Source: Rhodoferax sp. (GTDB taxonomy: Bacteria > Pseudomonadota > Gammaproteobacteria > Burkholderiales > Burkholderiaceae_C). From it: DNA of 43,783 bases. A program made the position numbers and the translations under genes. The stretch lies in NCBI GenBank assembly GCA_020048795.1, contig JAIFMA010000075.1, positions 1 through 43,783 of the forward strand, in the 5' to 3' direction. The notes below the pieces were generated by a model. That model had not been told where the DNA came from. It saw only the letters and a list, made by a program, of their open reading frames with translations, and did no database searches. How positions within the stretch are numbered: position 1 is the stretch's first letter; every line of letters begins with the position of its first letter. Below, piece after piece: positions 17,939-28,970 of this stretch.

Positions 17939-19456
17939 TTAGTCTTCAACAAATGCCTGTTCGCGCTGGCGCTTGATGACGGGCAACAACACCAGCAACA
18001 GCAGCACCAGTGCTGCGGCCAGCAAGCCGGCAGACAGCGGCCGGGTGACCAGCACGCTCCAGTCACCGCGCGACAGCAACAGGGCGCGGCGCAGGTTTTC
18101 TTCCATCATCGGGCCCAGAATAAAACCCAGCAGCAGGGGTGCGGGCTCCATGCCAAGCTTGATGAACACATAACCCACCACGCCAAACAGGCCCACCATC
18201 CAGATGTCCCAGGTGTTGTTGTTGGTAGAAAAAACCCCAATCGCGCAAAACAGCACAATCGCCGGGAACAGCCAGCGGTAAGGCACCGAGAGCAATTTGA
18301 TCCAGATGCCAATCAAAGGCAGGTTCAGCACCACCAGCATGGCATTGCCAATCCACATCGAGGCAATCAGGCCCCAGAACAACTCAGGGTTGCTGCTCAT
18401 CACCTGCGGGCCGGGCTGGATGTTGTGGATGGTCATGGCACCCACCATCAGCGCCATCACGGCGTTGGGCGGAATGCCCAGTGTCAGCAGCGGAATGAAC
18501 GAGGTTTGCGAGCCCGCATTGTTGGCCGACTCGGGCGCTGCCACACCCCGGATATTGCCCTGGCCAAACGGCACTTCTCCTGGCTGCAGCTTGGTCTTCT
18601 TCTCGATGCTGTAAGCGGCAAACGCCGCCAGCAAGGCACCGCCGCCGGGCAAAATCCCGAGGATGGAGCCAATGGTGGTGCCACGCAGTACCGCTGGCAC
18701 CATGCGCCGGAAGTCTTCGCGGGTTGGCATCAGGCCATGCACCTTGCCGGTAAATACCTCGCGGTGTTCTTCCTTGACCGCCAGGTTGGCAATGATCTCG
18801 CCATAACCAAACACCCCCATGGCGATCACGATAAAACCAATACCGTCGGTAAGCTCCGGGATCTCAAAGGCAAAACGCGCCACGCCGGAGTTCACATCGG
18901 TGCCCACCAGGCCCAGCAGCAAGCCCAGCACAATCATCGCGATGGCTTTCAGCAAGGAGCCTGAAGCCAGCACCACGGCACCGATCAGCCCCAGCACCAT
19001 CAACGCAAAATATTCGGCCGGACCAAATTTGAACGCCACCTCGGTCAACGGCACCGCAAACGCCGCCAGAATCAGGGTGCCGACGCATCCGGCAAAAAAT
19101 GAACCCAGGCCTGCTGCTGCCAGCGCTGGCCCGGCCCGGCCCTTGCGCGCCATCTGGTGGCCGTCGATCACCGTCACCACCGAAGAAGCCTCACCCGGCA
19201 AGTTAACCAGGATCGCCGTGGTCGAACCACCATACTGCGCCCCGTAATAAATACCGGCCAACATGATCAGGGCCGATACCGGCGGCAGAGCATAGGTAGC
19301 AGGCAGCAACATGGCGATGGTGGCCACCGGGCCGATACCCGGCAAGACACCAATCAGCGTACCCAGCAGACAACCGACAAAGGCGTAGAGCAGATTGATC
19401 GGGGTAACTGCCACGCCGAACCCCATCGTCAAATTGGTGATCAGGTCCATACCCAT
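17939..19456 (-). CDS. tctA: Tripartite tricarboxylate transporter large permease
   Basis: GTLIGVLPGIG, YYGAQYGGS, AAPESANNA and LTLGIP. Confidence 0.93.
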   Translation of the reverse strand: MGMDLITNLTMGFGVAVTPINLLYAFVGCLLGTLIGVLPGIGPVATIAMLLPATYALPPVSALIMLAGIYYGAQYGGSTTAILVNLPGEASSVVTVIDGHQMARKGRAGPALAAAGLGSFFAGCVGTLILAAFAVPLTEVAFKFGPAEYFALMVLGLIGAVVLASGSLLKAIAMIVLGLLLGLVGTDVNSGVARFAFEIPELTDGIGFIVIAMGVFGYGEIIANLAVKEEHREVFTGKVHGLMPTREDFRRMVPAVLRGTTIGSILGILPGGGALLAAFAAYSIEKKTKLQPGEVPFGQGNIRGVAAPESANNAGSQTSFIPLLTLGIPPNAVMALMVGAMTIHNIQPGPQVMSSNPELFWGLIASMWIGNAMLVVLNLPLIGIWIKLLSVPYRWLFPAIVLFCAIGVFSTNNNTWDIWMVGLFGVVGYVFIKLGMEPAPLLLGFILGPMMEENLRRALLLSRGDWSVLVTRPLSAGLLAAALVLLLLVLLPVIKRQREQAFVED

Positions 19457-19459
19457 CCC

Positions 19460-19960
19460 TCAAGCAGACAAAAAAGCCGGCCACACCAGCAACTGTAGTT
19501 TGAGCAACACCACAAAAGCCAGGTAGCTGCCGGCGGACAGCACGGTGGCCAACAACAGGCTCTGTTTCAGGCTAAAACGATCACCGGCCAAGCCCGCCAC
19601 CACCGTCAGACCGTAAATGGCCAGCACCAGGCCGGCAGCAGGCAGACCCAGCCGCGGCAAACCACCCAGCAACACCCCAAACAACACATTCGCCGCAATG
19701 ATGAAAAACAGCGGTCTAAAGGCCCAGGCACCGACCCGATCGGTCTCGGTCACACTGTTCAGGCCTTGCCAGACCAGCGAACGCAGCAGGATGACCAGAC
19801 CCAGAAAGGCCAGCACCAACCCGAGCAAGAGCGGGAAATAGCCCGGCCCCATGCTGGCACTGGTTCCAACCCGATAGGTGGTCGAGCCCCAGGCGAATGC
19901 CGCCCCAAACAGCACAAACAGCAGCCCTGAAAAAAAATCCTTGGGGCTCTTGATCTTCAT
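19460..19960 (-). CDS. tctB: Tripartite tricarboxylate transporter small permease
   Basis: Four TM helices, MGPGYFP motif; lies between tctC and tctA. Confidence 0.88.
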   Translation of the reverse strand: MKIKSPKDFFSGLLFVLFGAAFAWGSTTYRVGTSASMGPGYFPLLLGLVLAFLGLVILLRSLVWQGLNSVTETDRVGAWAFRPLFFIIAANVLFGVLLGGLPRLGLPAAGLVLAIYGLTVVAGLAGDRFSLKQSLLLATVLSAGSYLAFVVLLKLQLLVWPAFLSA

Positions 19961-19969
19961 CAGACCACC

Positions 19970-20926
19970 TCAACTCAGGCTGATGCCAGCAAACTTGCTG
20001 ATGCGCTGCATTTTTTCAATTTCACGGCGAATCTGGGTGGCAAAGTCGTCTGGTGTCGAACCCGAGGGGAACAAACCCAGTGCTGCCAGGCGCTGTTTCA
20101 CCGCAGGCTCCTGCACCGCTTTGGCCACCGCCTGCTGAATCCGCCTGACCGCAGCAACCGGTGTACCGGCAGCAGCCACCAGGCCAAACCAGGACGGGTC
20201 GTTGTTGCTGGGCAGCTTGAGTTCACCGTAAGTGGGCACGTTGGGCAAGACATCCAGACGCTGCGGCCACGACACCGCCAAGGCGCGTAACTTGCCTGCC
20301 TGCACATGCGACACCGCCGCAGCCACTTGGTCAAATGCCACATCGATCTGCCCGGCCAGCAAATCATTCAGGGCCGGACCTGCACCGCGGTAAGGAATAT
20401 GCACCATGAAGGTGCCGGTGCTGCTCTTGAACAACTCGCCCCACATGTGGCCAATGGTGCCATTGCCCGGCGAGGCATAACTCAGCTTGCCCGGGTTGGC
20501 TTTGAGGTACGCCACAAATTCGGCAAAGTCCTTCACCTGTAGTTTGGGATTGACCAACAAAATGCCGGGTGCCTTGACCATCTCGGTCACCGCGACAAAG
20601 TCCTTGATCGGGTCATACGGAAGTTTGGGATACACCGCCGGATTCACGCCATGCGTTGACAGGGTTGCCACGCCCAGGGTCATTCCGTCTGGCACCGCTT
20701 TGGCTACCTCGGCCATACCGACCGAACCCCCGGCACCAGAGCGGTTTTCAACCACTACCGGTTGCCCCAACAAGCGCGTCAAGGGCTCACTCAGAATACG
20801 CGCCGTCACGTCGGTGGCACCCCCGGGTGGAAAAGGCACCAGCAGCCGCAAGGGTCGGGTCTGCGCCGCAGCCCAGCCTGGCAGCAGGGCACACGCCGTC
20901 AGCCCGAAAATTTCTCGTCTTTGCAT
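19970..20926 (-). CDS. tctC: Bug/TctC family substrate-binding protein
   Basis: VPFPPGGATDV, VENRSGAGG, HIPYRGAGPA and PNVPT. Confidence 0.9.
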   Translation of the reverse strand: MQRREIFGLTACALLPGWAAAQTRPLRLLVPFPPGGATDVTARILSEPLTRLLGQPVVVENRSGAGGSVGMAEVAKAVPDGMTLGVATLSTHGVNPAVYPKLPYDPIKDFVAVTEMVKAPGILLVNPKLQVKDFAEFVAYLKANPGKLSYASPGNGTIGHMWGELFKSSTGTFMVHIPYRGAGPALNDLLAGQIDVAFDQVAAAVSHVQAGKLRALAVSWPQRLDVLPNVPTYGELKLPSNNDPSWFGLVAAAGTPVAAVRRIQQAVAKAVQEPAVKQRLAALGLFPSGSTPDDFATQIRREIEKMQRISKFAGISLS

Positions 20927-20954
20927 CGCGGTTTTCCTTTTTGTCAGGTCAGTG

Positions 20955-22739
20955 TTACCCCAGTGTCGGGGTGGATGAAAGAACTTCGTCGAGCAACGTC
21001 ATCCCTTCAGCCACTCGCAAGGAGCCTGCCAGCCGCAGCGGTCGCATGCCGTCTGCCACCGCCTGTCGTTTGAGCGCATCGGTATTGGGCTCACGGGTGA
21101 CCAGGGCCTTGAAGGGCTCTGACACCACCAGCAACTCATACAAGCCCATGCGCCCCATAAAGCCGGTCATGCGGCAATCGACGCAACCCACCGCCTTGAA
21201 CGGTTTGTAAGTGCCATTGAGCTGCCAGGGCTTGACCACCTCGGCCAATATCTCGCGCGTGGCTGCCGGGTCGGGTAGTTTGCAATGGGGGCACAGGGTG
21301 CGCACCAGCCGCTGCGCCAGCACACCCAGCAAAGTGGCGTTGATCAGGTAAGACGGCACGCCCAGTTCCATCAAGCGGGTAATGGCTGAGGGGGCATCGT
21401 TGGTGTGCAGGGTAGAAAACACCAGATGCCCGGTGAGTGCCGCCTGCACCGCCATTTCGGCAGTGGCCTGGTCGCGAATTTCACCCACCATGATGATGTC
21501 CGGGTCTTGCCGCATCAGCGCACGCAAGCCTTCGGGAAAACCAAAGTCAAGCTGCGGCTGCACCTGCGTCTGGTTGAAAGACGCTTCAATCATCTCGATC
21601 GGGTCTTCCACCGTGTTCACATTCACTTCTTCAGTGGCAACCCGTTTCAGGGTGGAATACAAAGTGGTGGTTTTTCCGGAGCCGGTAGGCCCCGTCACCA
21701 GGATGATGCCGTTCGGACGCTTGACCAATGCCTCCCAGCGCTGCGCATCATGGGCCGAAAAACCCAGCGCATCCAGATCCTTGACGGTGGTCTCGGGGTC
21801 AAAAATACGCATCACCATTTTTTCGCCAAAGGCGGTTGGCAAGGTGGAAATACGCATCTCGATCTCGCTGCCACCCGGGTTGCGCGTCTTGATGCGCCCA
21901 TCTTGCGGACGGCGCCGCTCCACCACGTCCATGCGCCCCAGCAGTTTGATGCGTGCCGTCATGGCCGCCAGCACGCCCATGGGCATCTGGTACACCGGGT
22001 GCAACACGCCGTCGATGCGAAAGCGGATCACGCCCTGCTCGCGCCGGGGCTCCAGGTGAATGTCGCTGGCGCGCTGGTCAAACGCATATTGCCACAGCCA
22101 GTCCACCACCTGCACCACACTTTGGTCGTTGGCATCGAGCTGCTTGTTGCTCTTGCCCAACTCCACCAGTTGCTCAAAGCTGGCTGCGGTGTTGCTGCCA
22201 GCCTTGTTGGCCGCCCGCACCGACTTGGCCAGCGCAAAAAACTCGATGGTGAAACGGTGAATGTCCTGCGGATTGGCCACCACACGGCGCACACTGCGGC
22301 GCGACTGGCGTTCCACTTCAGCCACCCAGTCGGTCAGAAACGGCTCGGCCGTGGCCACCACCACCTCGTGCGCGGTCACTTGTACCGGCAAAATCTTGTG
22401 CCGCTCGGCATAAGCCGGGCTCATGGTGTCAGCCACCTTGCTCACATCCACCTTGAGCGGATCAATGCGCAAATATGCCAGCACGGCACGACCGGCCAGC
22501 CACTGCGTCAGCCCTTCGATGTCCATCGGTTTGCCATCACTGGCCCGATGCACCACCACACTGGCCAGGCGCACCAGCGGATGCTGCACGCTTTCAGCCT
22601 GGGCGCAGCGGGTATGGATGCGCTGCGCCTCCTGCACGCTGATGACAGCGTCGGCCTGCAACCATTGCACCAGACTGCGCCAGTCCAGCGGACCAGAAGC
22701 CGGCGGTAAAGGTGACTTGTGAAGGGTGGAATGGTTCAT
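20955..22739 (-). CDS. GspE/PulE/PilB family secretion ATPase (stand-alone)
   Basis: ASDIHLEP, GPTGSGKTT, TVEDPIE, RQDPDIIMVGEIRD, STLHTND and a tetracysteine motif. Confidence 0.93.
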   Translation of the reverse strand: MNHSTLHKSPLPPASGPLDWRSLVQWLQADAVISVQEAQRIHTRCAQAESVQHPLVRLASVVVHRASDGKPMDIEGLTQWLAGRAVLAYLRIDPLKVDVSKVADTMSPAYAERHKILPVQVTAHEVVVATAEPFLTDWVAEVERQSRRSVRRVVANPQDIHRFTIEFFALAKSVRAANKAGSNTAASFEQLVELGKSNKQLDANDQSVVQVVDWLWQYAFDQRASDIHLEPRREQGVIRFRIDGVLHPVYQMPMGVLAAMTARIKLLGRMDVVERRRPQDGRIKTRNPGGSEIEMRISTLPTAFGEKMVMRIFDPETTVKDLDALGFSAHDAQRWEALVKRPNGIILVTGPTGSGKTTTLYSTLKRVATEEVNVNTVEDPIEMIEASFNQTQVQPQLDFGFPEGLRALMRQDPDIIMVGEIRDQATAEMAVQAALTGHLVFSTLHTNDAPSAITRLMELGVPSYLINATLLGVLAQRLVRTLCPHCKLPDPAATREILAEVVKPWQLNGTYKPFKAVGCVDCRMTGFMGRMGLYELLVVSEPFKALVTREPNTDALKRQAVADGMRPLRLAGSLRVAEGMTLLDEVLSSTPTLG

Positions 22740-23491
22740 GGCAAGATCGGTTTGAAAACGCGGACCCACTTGTCGGCCGGCAGACCCCAGCGCACTTCAA
22801 TGGCATTGGCACGAGCCATCAGAACTTCACGCCTGGGCCGACTCGGCGTATGCTGCGCCAGCACCACGGTGTTGCCCTCGCGGGTCGGCTTGAACGTCCA
22901 CACAGCGTCTTTGCCAAACGCAGCGGAAATTTTTTCGACGCTGCGCTCAAAGCTCGAAGCCCGCCCAAACAGGTTCACCGTCATGCAGCCCTCAGCCGTC
23001 AGCAAGCGCCGGCAATGGTTGTAAAAAGGCAGACTGTCAAGCACCGGCGCTGCGGCTTCGTGGTCATACAAATCCACCTGCAAGGCATCCACACTGCCCC
23101 ACCACTTGGGGTTCTGAATCTCTTGCGCGGCATCGGCCAGCACCACTTGCAGGTTGGCGTGATCGGCCGGCAGTTTGAACCAGCCTCGGCAGGCCACCAG
23201 CACCTGTGGGTTGAGCTCGATGGCGGTGGTCTTCATGTGCAGTTGTTTGGTGCAGAACTTGGTCAGAGAACCCGCCCCCAAGCCCAGTTGCATGGCCAAG
23301 CGACCCTTGACCGTGTCGGGCTCGACAAACAGCAGCCAGGCCAGCATGCGCTGGATGTACTCATGCACCAGACCGACCGGGTTGTCCAGGTACATCGAGC
23401 CCTGAATCCATTCAGTGCCCAGATGCAGATGTCGCACTGGACCGTCATCAGAGAAGTTGACTTCGGGGAGATCGTGCAGGCGCTTTTTCAA
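22736..23491 (-). CDS. Spermidine-synthase-like SAM-dependent methyltransferase
   Basis: LGLGAGSL, AIELNPQV and DALQVDLYD. Confidence 0.85.
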   Translation of the reverse strand: MKKRLHDLPEVNFSDDGPVRHLHLGTEWIQGSMYLDNPVGLVHEYIQRMLAWLLFVEPDTVKGRLAMQLGLGAGSLTKFCTKQLHMKTTAIELNPQVLVACRGWFKLPADHANLQVVLADAAQEIQNPKWWGSVDALQVDLYDHEAAAPVLDSLPFYNHCRRLLTAEGCMTVNLFGRASSFERSVEKISAAFGKDAVWTFKPTREGNTVVLAQHTPSRPRREVLMARANAIEVRWGLPADKWVRVFKPILP

Positions 23492-23527
23492 GATGCCACG
23501 ATTATCAGCATTTGCACCAACGCCCCG

Positions 23528-23971
23528 TCAGCAGGCACCCAAACGCGCGTGCTCCACCTTCAGGCAACGGTCTTGCACCACCACCCGGCCAGCCGCGCGT
23601 GCCGTGGCCAGCGCCGCCTCGTGACGCACACCCAGTTGTAGCCAAAGTGCTGGCACGCCCAGGGCGATGGCTTCATCCACCACGGGCGGCACATCGTCGC
23701 TGTTGCGAAACACATCGACCAGATCGAGCCTAACCTGCGCGGCGGCCTCAGTCAGGGTGGCATACACCACCTGGCCCAGGATCGGTGAGCCAACAGCGAC
23801 CGGGTTAACCGGCACAATGCGCCAGCCATGTGCCTGCATGTACTGCGCCACCCGGTAGCTGTCGCGGTGCGGTTTGGGTGACAGGCCCACCACCGCCACG
23901 GTGCGGCAGGTGGTCAGGATATGCGCAATGGATTGCGCCTCAGTGAGTGCTGCGGTTTGACTGGCGGTCAT
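23528..23971 (-). CDS. CoA-binding protein (YccU-like)
   Basis: VAVVGLSPKPHRDS, PVNP, DLVDVFR, WLQLG and QDRCLKVE. Confidence 0.9.
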   Translation of the reverse strand: MTASQTAALTEAQSIAHILTTCRTVAVVGLSPKPHRDSYRVAQYMQAHGWRIVPVNPVAVGSPILGQVVYATLTEAAAQVRLDLVDVFRNSDDVPPVVDEAIALGVPALWLQLGVRHEAALATARAAGRVVVQDRCLKVEHARLGAC

Positions 23972-24427
23972 GTCTTCTTTCAGGTAGTTTGGGCCTGCAT
24001 CCGTTCCAGCGCATGGTACCAGCCCCCGACTGCATCCGAAACCATGGCGCATGCGGTACACCGTTACGCCACTTCCAGCGCCCTGGACACCGCATCCACC
24101 GGAACCGGTCGCAGCAATTCGTGCACGGTGTCATTCTCGCCGCTGCCCTGGCTATCGCCCTGCGCAAAAGTGGTCCGTCAGCACTACACCATCACGCTGG
24201 AGGCCAAAAAAGCTGACGTGCCGCAGCAGTCAGATAAAACCAATGCGACAGCCAAGTCAGAAAAACCAGTACCCACGCCGAGCTGGACCAAACAAGTCAT
24301 TCAAGGCACCCTGGCCTCGCATCCGGGGGGTCCGGTTAACAGCCACTTGCTGCAGGACTGTCGCTACTCAAGCTATGCTCGCGACACTGACACTCAACAC
24401 TCAACATTGAACCTTGAACCGCACGCC

Positions 24428-26470
24428 ATGCCCCACCGCTCTCCCGACCCAGACCCAAAAACCCTTCAAATCATCGGTGCCTGCCCGCACGACTGTCCCG
24501 ACACCTGCTCACTGCTGACCACGGTGCAAGACGGTGTCGCCGTCAAAGTGCAGGGCAACCCGGCCCACCCCCATACTGACGGCGCGCTGTGCACCAAGGT
24601 ATCGCGCTACCCCGAACGCACCTACCACCCCGAGCGTATCCTGCAGCCCCTCAAACGCACCGGACCCAAGGGCGCAGGCCAGTTTGAACCCGTCAACTGG
24701 GACGCCGCTCTGGCCGACATTGCCACCCGCCTGAAAGAAATTGCTGGGCGCGACCCGCAGGCCATCCTGCCCTATAGCTACGCCGGCACCATGGGGCTGG
24801 TGCAGGGCGACAGCATGTCGGCACGTTTTTTTCACAAACTGGGGGCCTCGCTGCTCAATCGCACCATTTGCGCATCGGCCGGTGGCGAAGCCCTGCTGCA
24901 CACGCTGGGGGTCAAAACAGGGACGCGGGTGGAATTTTTTGCCCAGTCCAAACTGATCCTGATCTGGGGCAGCAACTCGATTTCCAGCAACCTGCATTTC
25001 TGGCGCTACGCCAACCAGGCCAAACGCCATGGCGCCAAACTCATCTGCATTGACCCACGCCAAAGCGAAACGGCTGACAAATGTCATGAACATATTGCCC
25101 TGCTGCCCGGTACCGATGGGGCTTTGGCGCTATCCATAATGCAGCAACTGATCAGCCACGACTGGCTGGACCACGACTATTTGGCGCGTTACACCTTGGG
25201 CTGGGACGCGCTGCGCGAGCGCGCCCTGCAATGGCCGCCTGAGCGCGCCGCCGCTGTCTGCGGCATTGATGCTGGGCAAATTCGCTCGCTGGCACGGGAT
25301 TACGGCGCCAGCGTCAAAACTGGCGAACCAGCCGCCATCCGCATGAACTACGGCCTGCAGCGCGTGCATGGCGGCGGCAACGCGGTGCGGCTGATTGCCA
25401 TGCTGCCGGCGCTGATTGGGGCCTGGCGGCACCGCGCCGGGGGGGTGCTGCTGTCAAGCTCAGGCAATTTTCCGGTCAACCGTACCGCCCTGGAGCGGCC
25501 CGACCTGCTGGCTGGGCGCACACCGCGCACGCTGAACATGGCCACCATCGGCGACGATCTGCTGCGCCCGGCCAGCCCTGAGTTTGGTCCGAAAGTTGAG
25601 GCGCTGATCGTTTACAACAGCAACCCGGTGGCCATCGCACCAGAATCCGGCAAGGTGGTGGCCGGTTTGCACGCGACGATTTGTTCACCGTGGTGCTGGA
25701 GCATTTCCAGACCGACACCGCCGACTACGCCGACTACATCCTGCCCGCCACGACACAGCTAGAGCACTGGGATGTGCACTTGAGCTACGGCCACACCGAT
25801 GCGCTGCTGAACCGCCCGGCGATTGCGCCGCTGGGGCAGGCCAAACCCAATGCGCAGATCTTCCGGGAACTCAGCCGCCGCATGGGGTTTGAAGACACCT
25901 GTTTTTCTGACACAGACGAGGCCCTGTGCCGCATGGCCTACGGTGATGCGGTCGATTTCAGCGCCCTGCTGGCCCAGGGCTTTGCCACCTTGCCCACTTC
26001 AAACACCGTCAGGCAAATGCGAGTTTTTCAGCCAACGCCTGGTGGACCGTGGTCTGGACGGCCTGCCCGACCATGTGCCCAACCACGAGGCGTTTAACAC
26101 CTCGGTGGCGTACCCGCTGGCCATGATCTCGCCGCCGGCGCGCAATTTCTTGAACTCCAGTTTTGTCAATGTCAAAAGCCTGCAGACCACTGAAGGCGAG
26201 CCGCTGCTGGAGATGCATGCGCAAGATGCCGCACAGCGCCGGCTGGCAGACGGTGACGTGGTGCGGGTTTTCAATGATCGCGGCCAATACCACTGCCGTC
26301 TGCAGATCAGCGCACGCGCCCGGCCCGGGGTGGTCAACGGCCTGGGGGTCTGGTGGCGCAAGCTGGGCCTGAATGGCACCAACGTGAACCAGCTGACCAA
26401 CCAACGCCTGACCGATCTGGGCGCAGCACCCACGTTTTACGACTGTCTGGTCGAGGTCCGGGCCGCTTGA
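24428..26470 (+). pseudogene. Molybdopterin oxidoreductase (MopB superfamily), split by two frameshifts
   Basis: CPHDCPDTC..C Fe-S motif. A 1-nt loss at ~25666 (GGTTTGCACGC where GFARDDLF is expected); a deletion plus shift at ~25996-26002 (FATLP|TPSGKCEF). C-terminal MGD-binding domain ends at 26470. Confidence 0.85.
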
Positions 26471-26558
26471 ACACCCTCTCGCGGGTGGGAAAACTCAGGC
26501 TTTTTGATCCAGCAGAGCGCCGGCCACGGGGTCGGCCGTGGTGAAAACCGCCTGATCC

Positions 26559-27800
26559 TCAAGCAGAGGCCTGCAAGGCCTGGTCCAGCAGCTCGATCCA
26601 GTGGCGCACCGGTGTGTCGGTGCCGCTTTGCAAATGGGTGATGCAGCCAATGTTGGCCGAGACGATCTGCTCGGGTTTGTCAGCGCCAAAGGTGGTGGCC
26701 AGAGCCCCGAGCTTGCGGTCGCGCAACTGGTAGGCGATCTCGGGGTTGAGCACGCTGTAGGTACCGGCCGAACCACAACACAGGTGCGGCTCGCAGCCGG
26801 TCAGCTTGATGTTGAAGCCCAGCTCTGTCATGTATTTCTCCACGCCGCCGCGCAACTGCATGCCGTGTTGTAGCGAACAGGGCGGGTGAAAGGCGATGCG
26901 GCTGGCCTTGGCAGACACCCGGCCCTTGAGTTGGGTGGCCAGTTCTGGCAGCCATTCGCTGATGTCCCGGCTCAGTTCGCTGATGCGCTGCGCCTTGGCC
27001 GCATAGGCCGGGTCGTCTCGCAAGATATGTCCGTAGTCCTTCAAAGTGACCCCGCAACCCGAGGCGTTGCTGACGATGCCTTCGGCACCGTGCTCGATAA
27101 AGCCCCACCAGGCATCGATGTTGGCGCGCATTTCTGCCATGCCGCCGTCCTGGTCATTCAGGTGGAACTTGACGGCACCGCAGCAACCGGCCCGGGGTGC
27201 CACCATGGTCTGGATGCCAGCGGCATCGAGCACCCGGGCCGTGGCGCTGTTGATGTTGGGGCTCATGGCCGGTTGCACGCAGCCGGCCAGCAACAACACC
27301 TTGCGGGCATGTTCACGCCTGGGCCAGATGCCGGCACCCTGTTTCGCCGGCACCTTGTTTTTTATCGCGTGGGGCAGCATGGCGCGCACCCCTTGACCCA
27401 TGGCCATGGCCGGGGCAAACAGCGCCGAGGTCAAGCCCTCTTTGAGCGTCCAGCGCAGCGCACGTTCGGCCGCCGGGCGCGGCACCTGGGCATCAACCAG
27501 CTTGCGGCCAATGTCGAGCAAATGGCCATACTGCACGCCGCTGGGGCAGGTGGTTTCGCAGTTGCGGCAGGTCAGGCAACGGTCCAGATGTTGCTGGGTC
27601 TTGCGTGTGGGCACGCTGCCTTCGAGCACCTGTTTCATCAGGTAGATGCGGCCACGCGGGCTGTCGAGCTCGTCGCCGAGCAACTGGTAAGTCGGGCAGG
27701 TGGCGGTACAAAAGCCGCAATGCACACATTTGCGCAAAATGGCTTCGGCGGCCATGCCATCGGGCGTGCCCTGGTAGCGGGGAGCGAGTTGGGTTTGCAT
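26559..27800 (-). CDS. glcF: Glycolate oxidase iron-sulfur subunit
   Basis: CVHCGFCTATCP, CLTCRNCETTCP and two CCG domains. Confidence 0.96.
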   Translation of the reverse strand: MQTQLAPRYQGTPDGMAAEAILRKCVHCGFCTATCPTYQLLGDELDSPRGRIYLMKQVLEGSVPTRKTQQHLDRCLTCRNCETTCPSGVQYGHLLDIGRKLVDAQVPRPAAERALRWTLKEGLTSALFAPAMAMGQGVRAMLPHAIKNKVPAKQGAGIWPRREHARKVLLLAGCVQPAMSPNINSATARVLDAAGIQTMVAPRAGCCGAVKFHLNDQDGGMAEMRANIDAWWGFIEHGAEGIVSNASGCGVTLKDYGHILRDDPAYAAKAQRISELSRDISEWLPELATQLKGRVSAKASRIAFHPPCSLQHGMQLRGGVEKYMTELGFNIKLTGCEPHLCCGSAGTYSVLNPEIAYQLRDRKLGALATTFGADKPEQIVSANIGCITHLQSGTDTPVRHWIELLDQALQASA

Positions 27801-27818
27801 GGGGTGGGGTGCTCTGGC

Positions 27819-28970
27819 TCAGAAGTCAGGGTACATCCGGCCGGGGTTGAAAATGCCCGCCGGGTCAAATTCGGCCTTGAGGCGTTGTTGAATCGCCAGC
27901 AATTCCGCATTCAAGGGATGAAATCGGCCTGTAGCGCCCGTGTTATCTGCGCTACCAGCTACAAATAGAGTAGCTGATCCGGCGGCGGTTGCAGCCGCCT
28001 GGCGAAGCCTTGCCGAGGCACTGGCGGGTGCCCACAGCCAGCGCTGACCACCGTGCCACTCCACCATCTGCGCCCAGGGCAGGTTCAGCACCGGGGTGGT
28101 TTGCGGCAGGCTCAGCCGCCACAGCGCCAGCGGTTCGGCACCGGGTGTGGGGCTTGGGTTGAAAAAAGGCAGGCGCTGGTCGCGGCAGGCGCTCCAGTCA
28201 GCCGCAGCCTGCGCGTTGTCCATGGCCTGGCCGGGCAGGTCTTGCAACATTTTCCAGGTGGCCGATGCCACCGCAGCGGCGGCACCGCGCAAGCGCACAA
28301 ACAGCAGCTCGGGCGTACCCGCCGCGATGTCGTCACGCACCCAGCAACTGGCGTTCAGGGGCAGGGGTTGACCACCCCAGCGGTGCAATTGCGCCAGCGC
28401 CGCTACCTGATCCACCTGAAACACCAACGTGGCCTCGGCCGGCGCCACCGGCAGCACTTTCAAAGAGATATCGGTCAACACCCCCAGCATGCCCAGGCTG
28501 CCGACCGTCAGACGCGTGACATCGTAGCCGGCCACGTTTTTCATCACCTGACCGCCAAAGGTCAGGTGTTCGGCGCGGCCGTTAAGCAGTTGCACGCCCA
28601 GCACATAGTCGCGCACGCCGCCGGTGTTGGCACGCGACGGGCCACTCAAACCCGCTGCCACCATGCCGCCACAGGTGCCGCCCCCCTGCCCTTTGAGCTG
28701 GCCAAAACGCGGTGGCTCAAACGCCAGACACTGGCCTTTTTCAGCCAGCGCCGCTTCCAGTTCGGCAAGCGGCGTGCCGGCGCGCACCGTCACCACCAGC
28801 TCGGAAGGCTCGTAGCTGGTGATGCCGGCCAGGCTGCAGGTGTCGAGCAGTTCGCCGTGTGGTGCCTCGCCATAAAAGTCTTTGCTGCCGTGGCCGCGAA
28901 TGCGCAGCGGCGTCGTGGCGGCGGTGGCCGTGCGAATCTGGTCGATGAGGTGTTGCAGTGCGGTGTCCAT
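27819..28970 (-). CDS. glcE: Glycolate oxidase FAD-binding subunit
   Basis: YEPSELVVTVRAGT, FGGQVMKNVAGYD and FDPAGIFNPGR. Confidence 0.95.
   Translation of the reverse strand: MDTALQHLIDQIRTATAATTPLRIRGHGSKDFYGEAPHGELLDTCSLAGITSYEPSELVVTVRAGTPLAELEAALAEKGQCLAFEPPRFGQLKGQGGGTCGGMVAAGLSGPSRANTGGVRDYVLGVQLLNGRAEHLTFGGQVMKNVAGYDVTRLTVGSLGMLGVLTDISLKVLPVAPAEATLVFQVDQVAALAQLHRWGGQPLPLNASCWVRDDIAAGTPELLFVRLRGAAAAVASATWKMLQDLPGQAMDNAQAAADWSACRDQRLPFFNPSPTPGAEPLALWRLSLPQTTPVLNLPWAQMVEWHGGQRWLWAPASASARLRQAAATAAGSATLFVAGSADNTGATGRFHPLNAELLAIQQRLKAEFDPAGIFNPGRMYPDF
27921..27975 (-). repeat. 55-bp double-dyad motif, copy 4 (inside glcE)
   Basis: Minus strand AGCTACTCTATTTGTAGCT-GGTAGCGC-AGATAACACG-GGCGCT-ACAGGCCGATTT. 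Confidence 0.85.

Noticed and set aside
17501-18964. Long antisense ORFs (487 aa here; also 21405-22709, 26886-27968, 28053-28985, 37199-38158, 15537-16421)
   Set aside because: Shadow ORFs opposite well-supported GC-rich genes, with no recognisable motifs.
23921-24427. 169-aa N-terminal extension of the Mo-oxidoreductase ORF
   Set aside because: It overlaps the opposite-strand CoA-binding gene, and family similarity begins only at the ATG at 24428.
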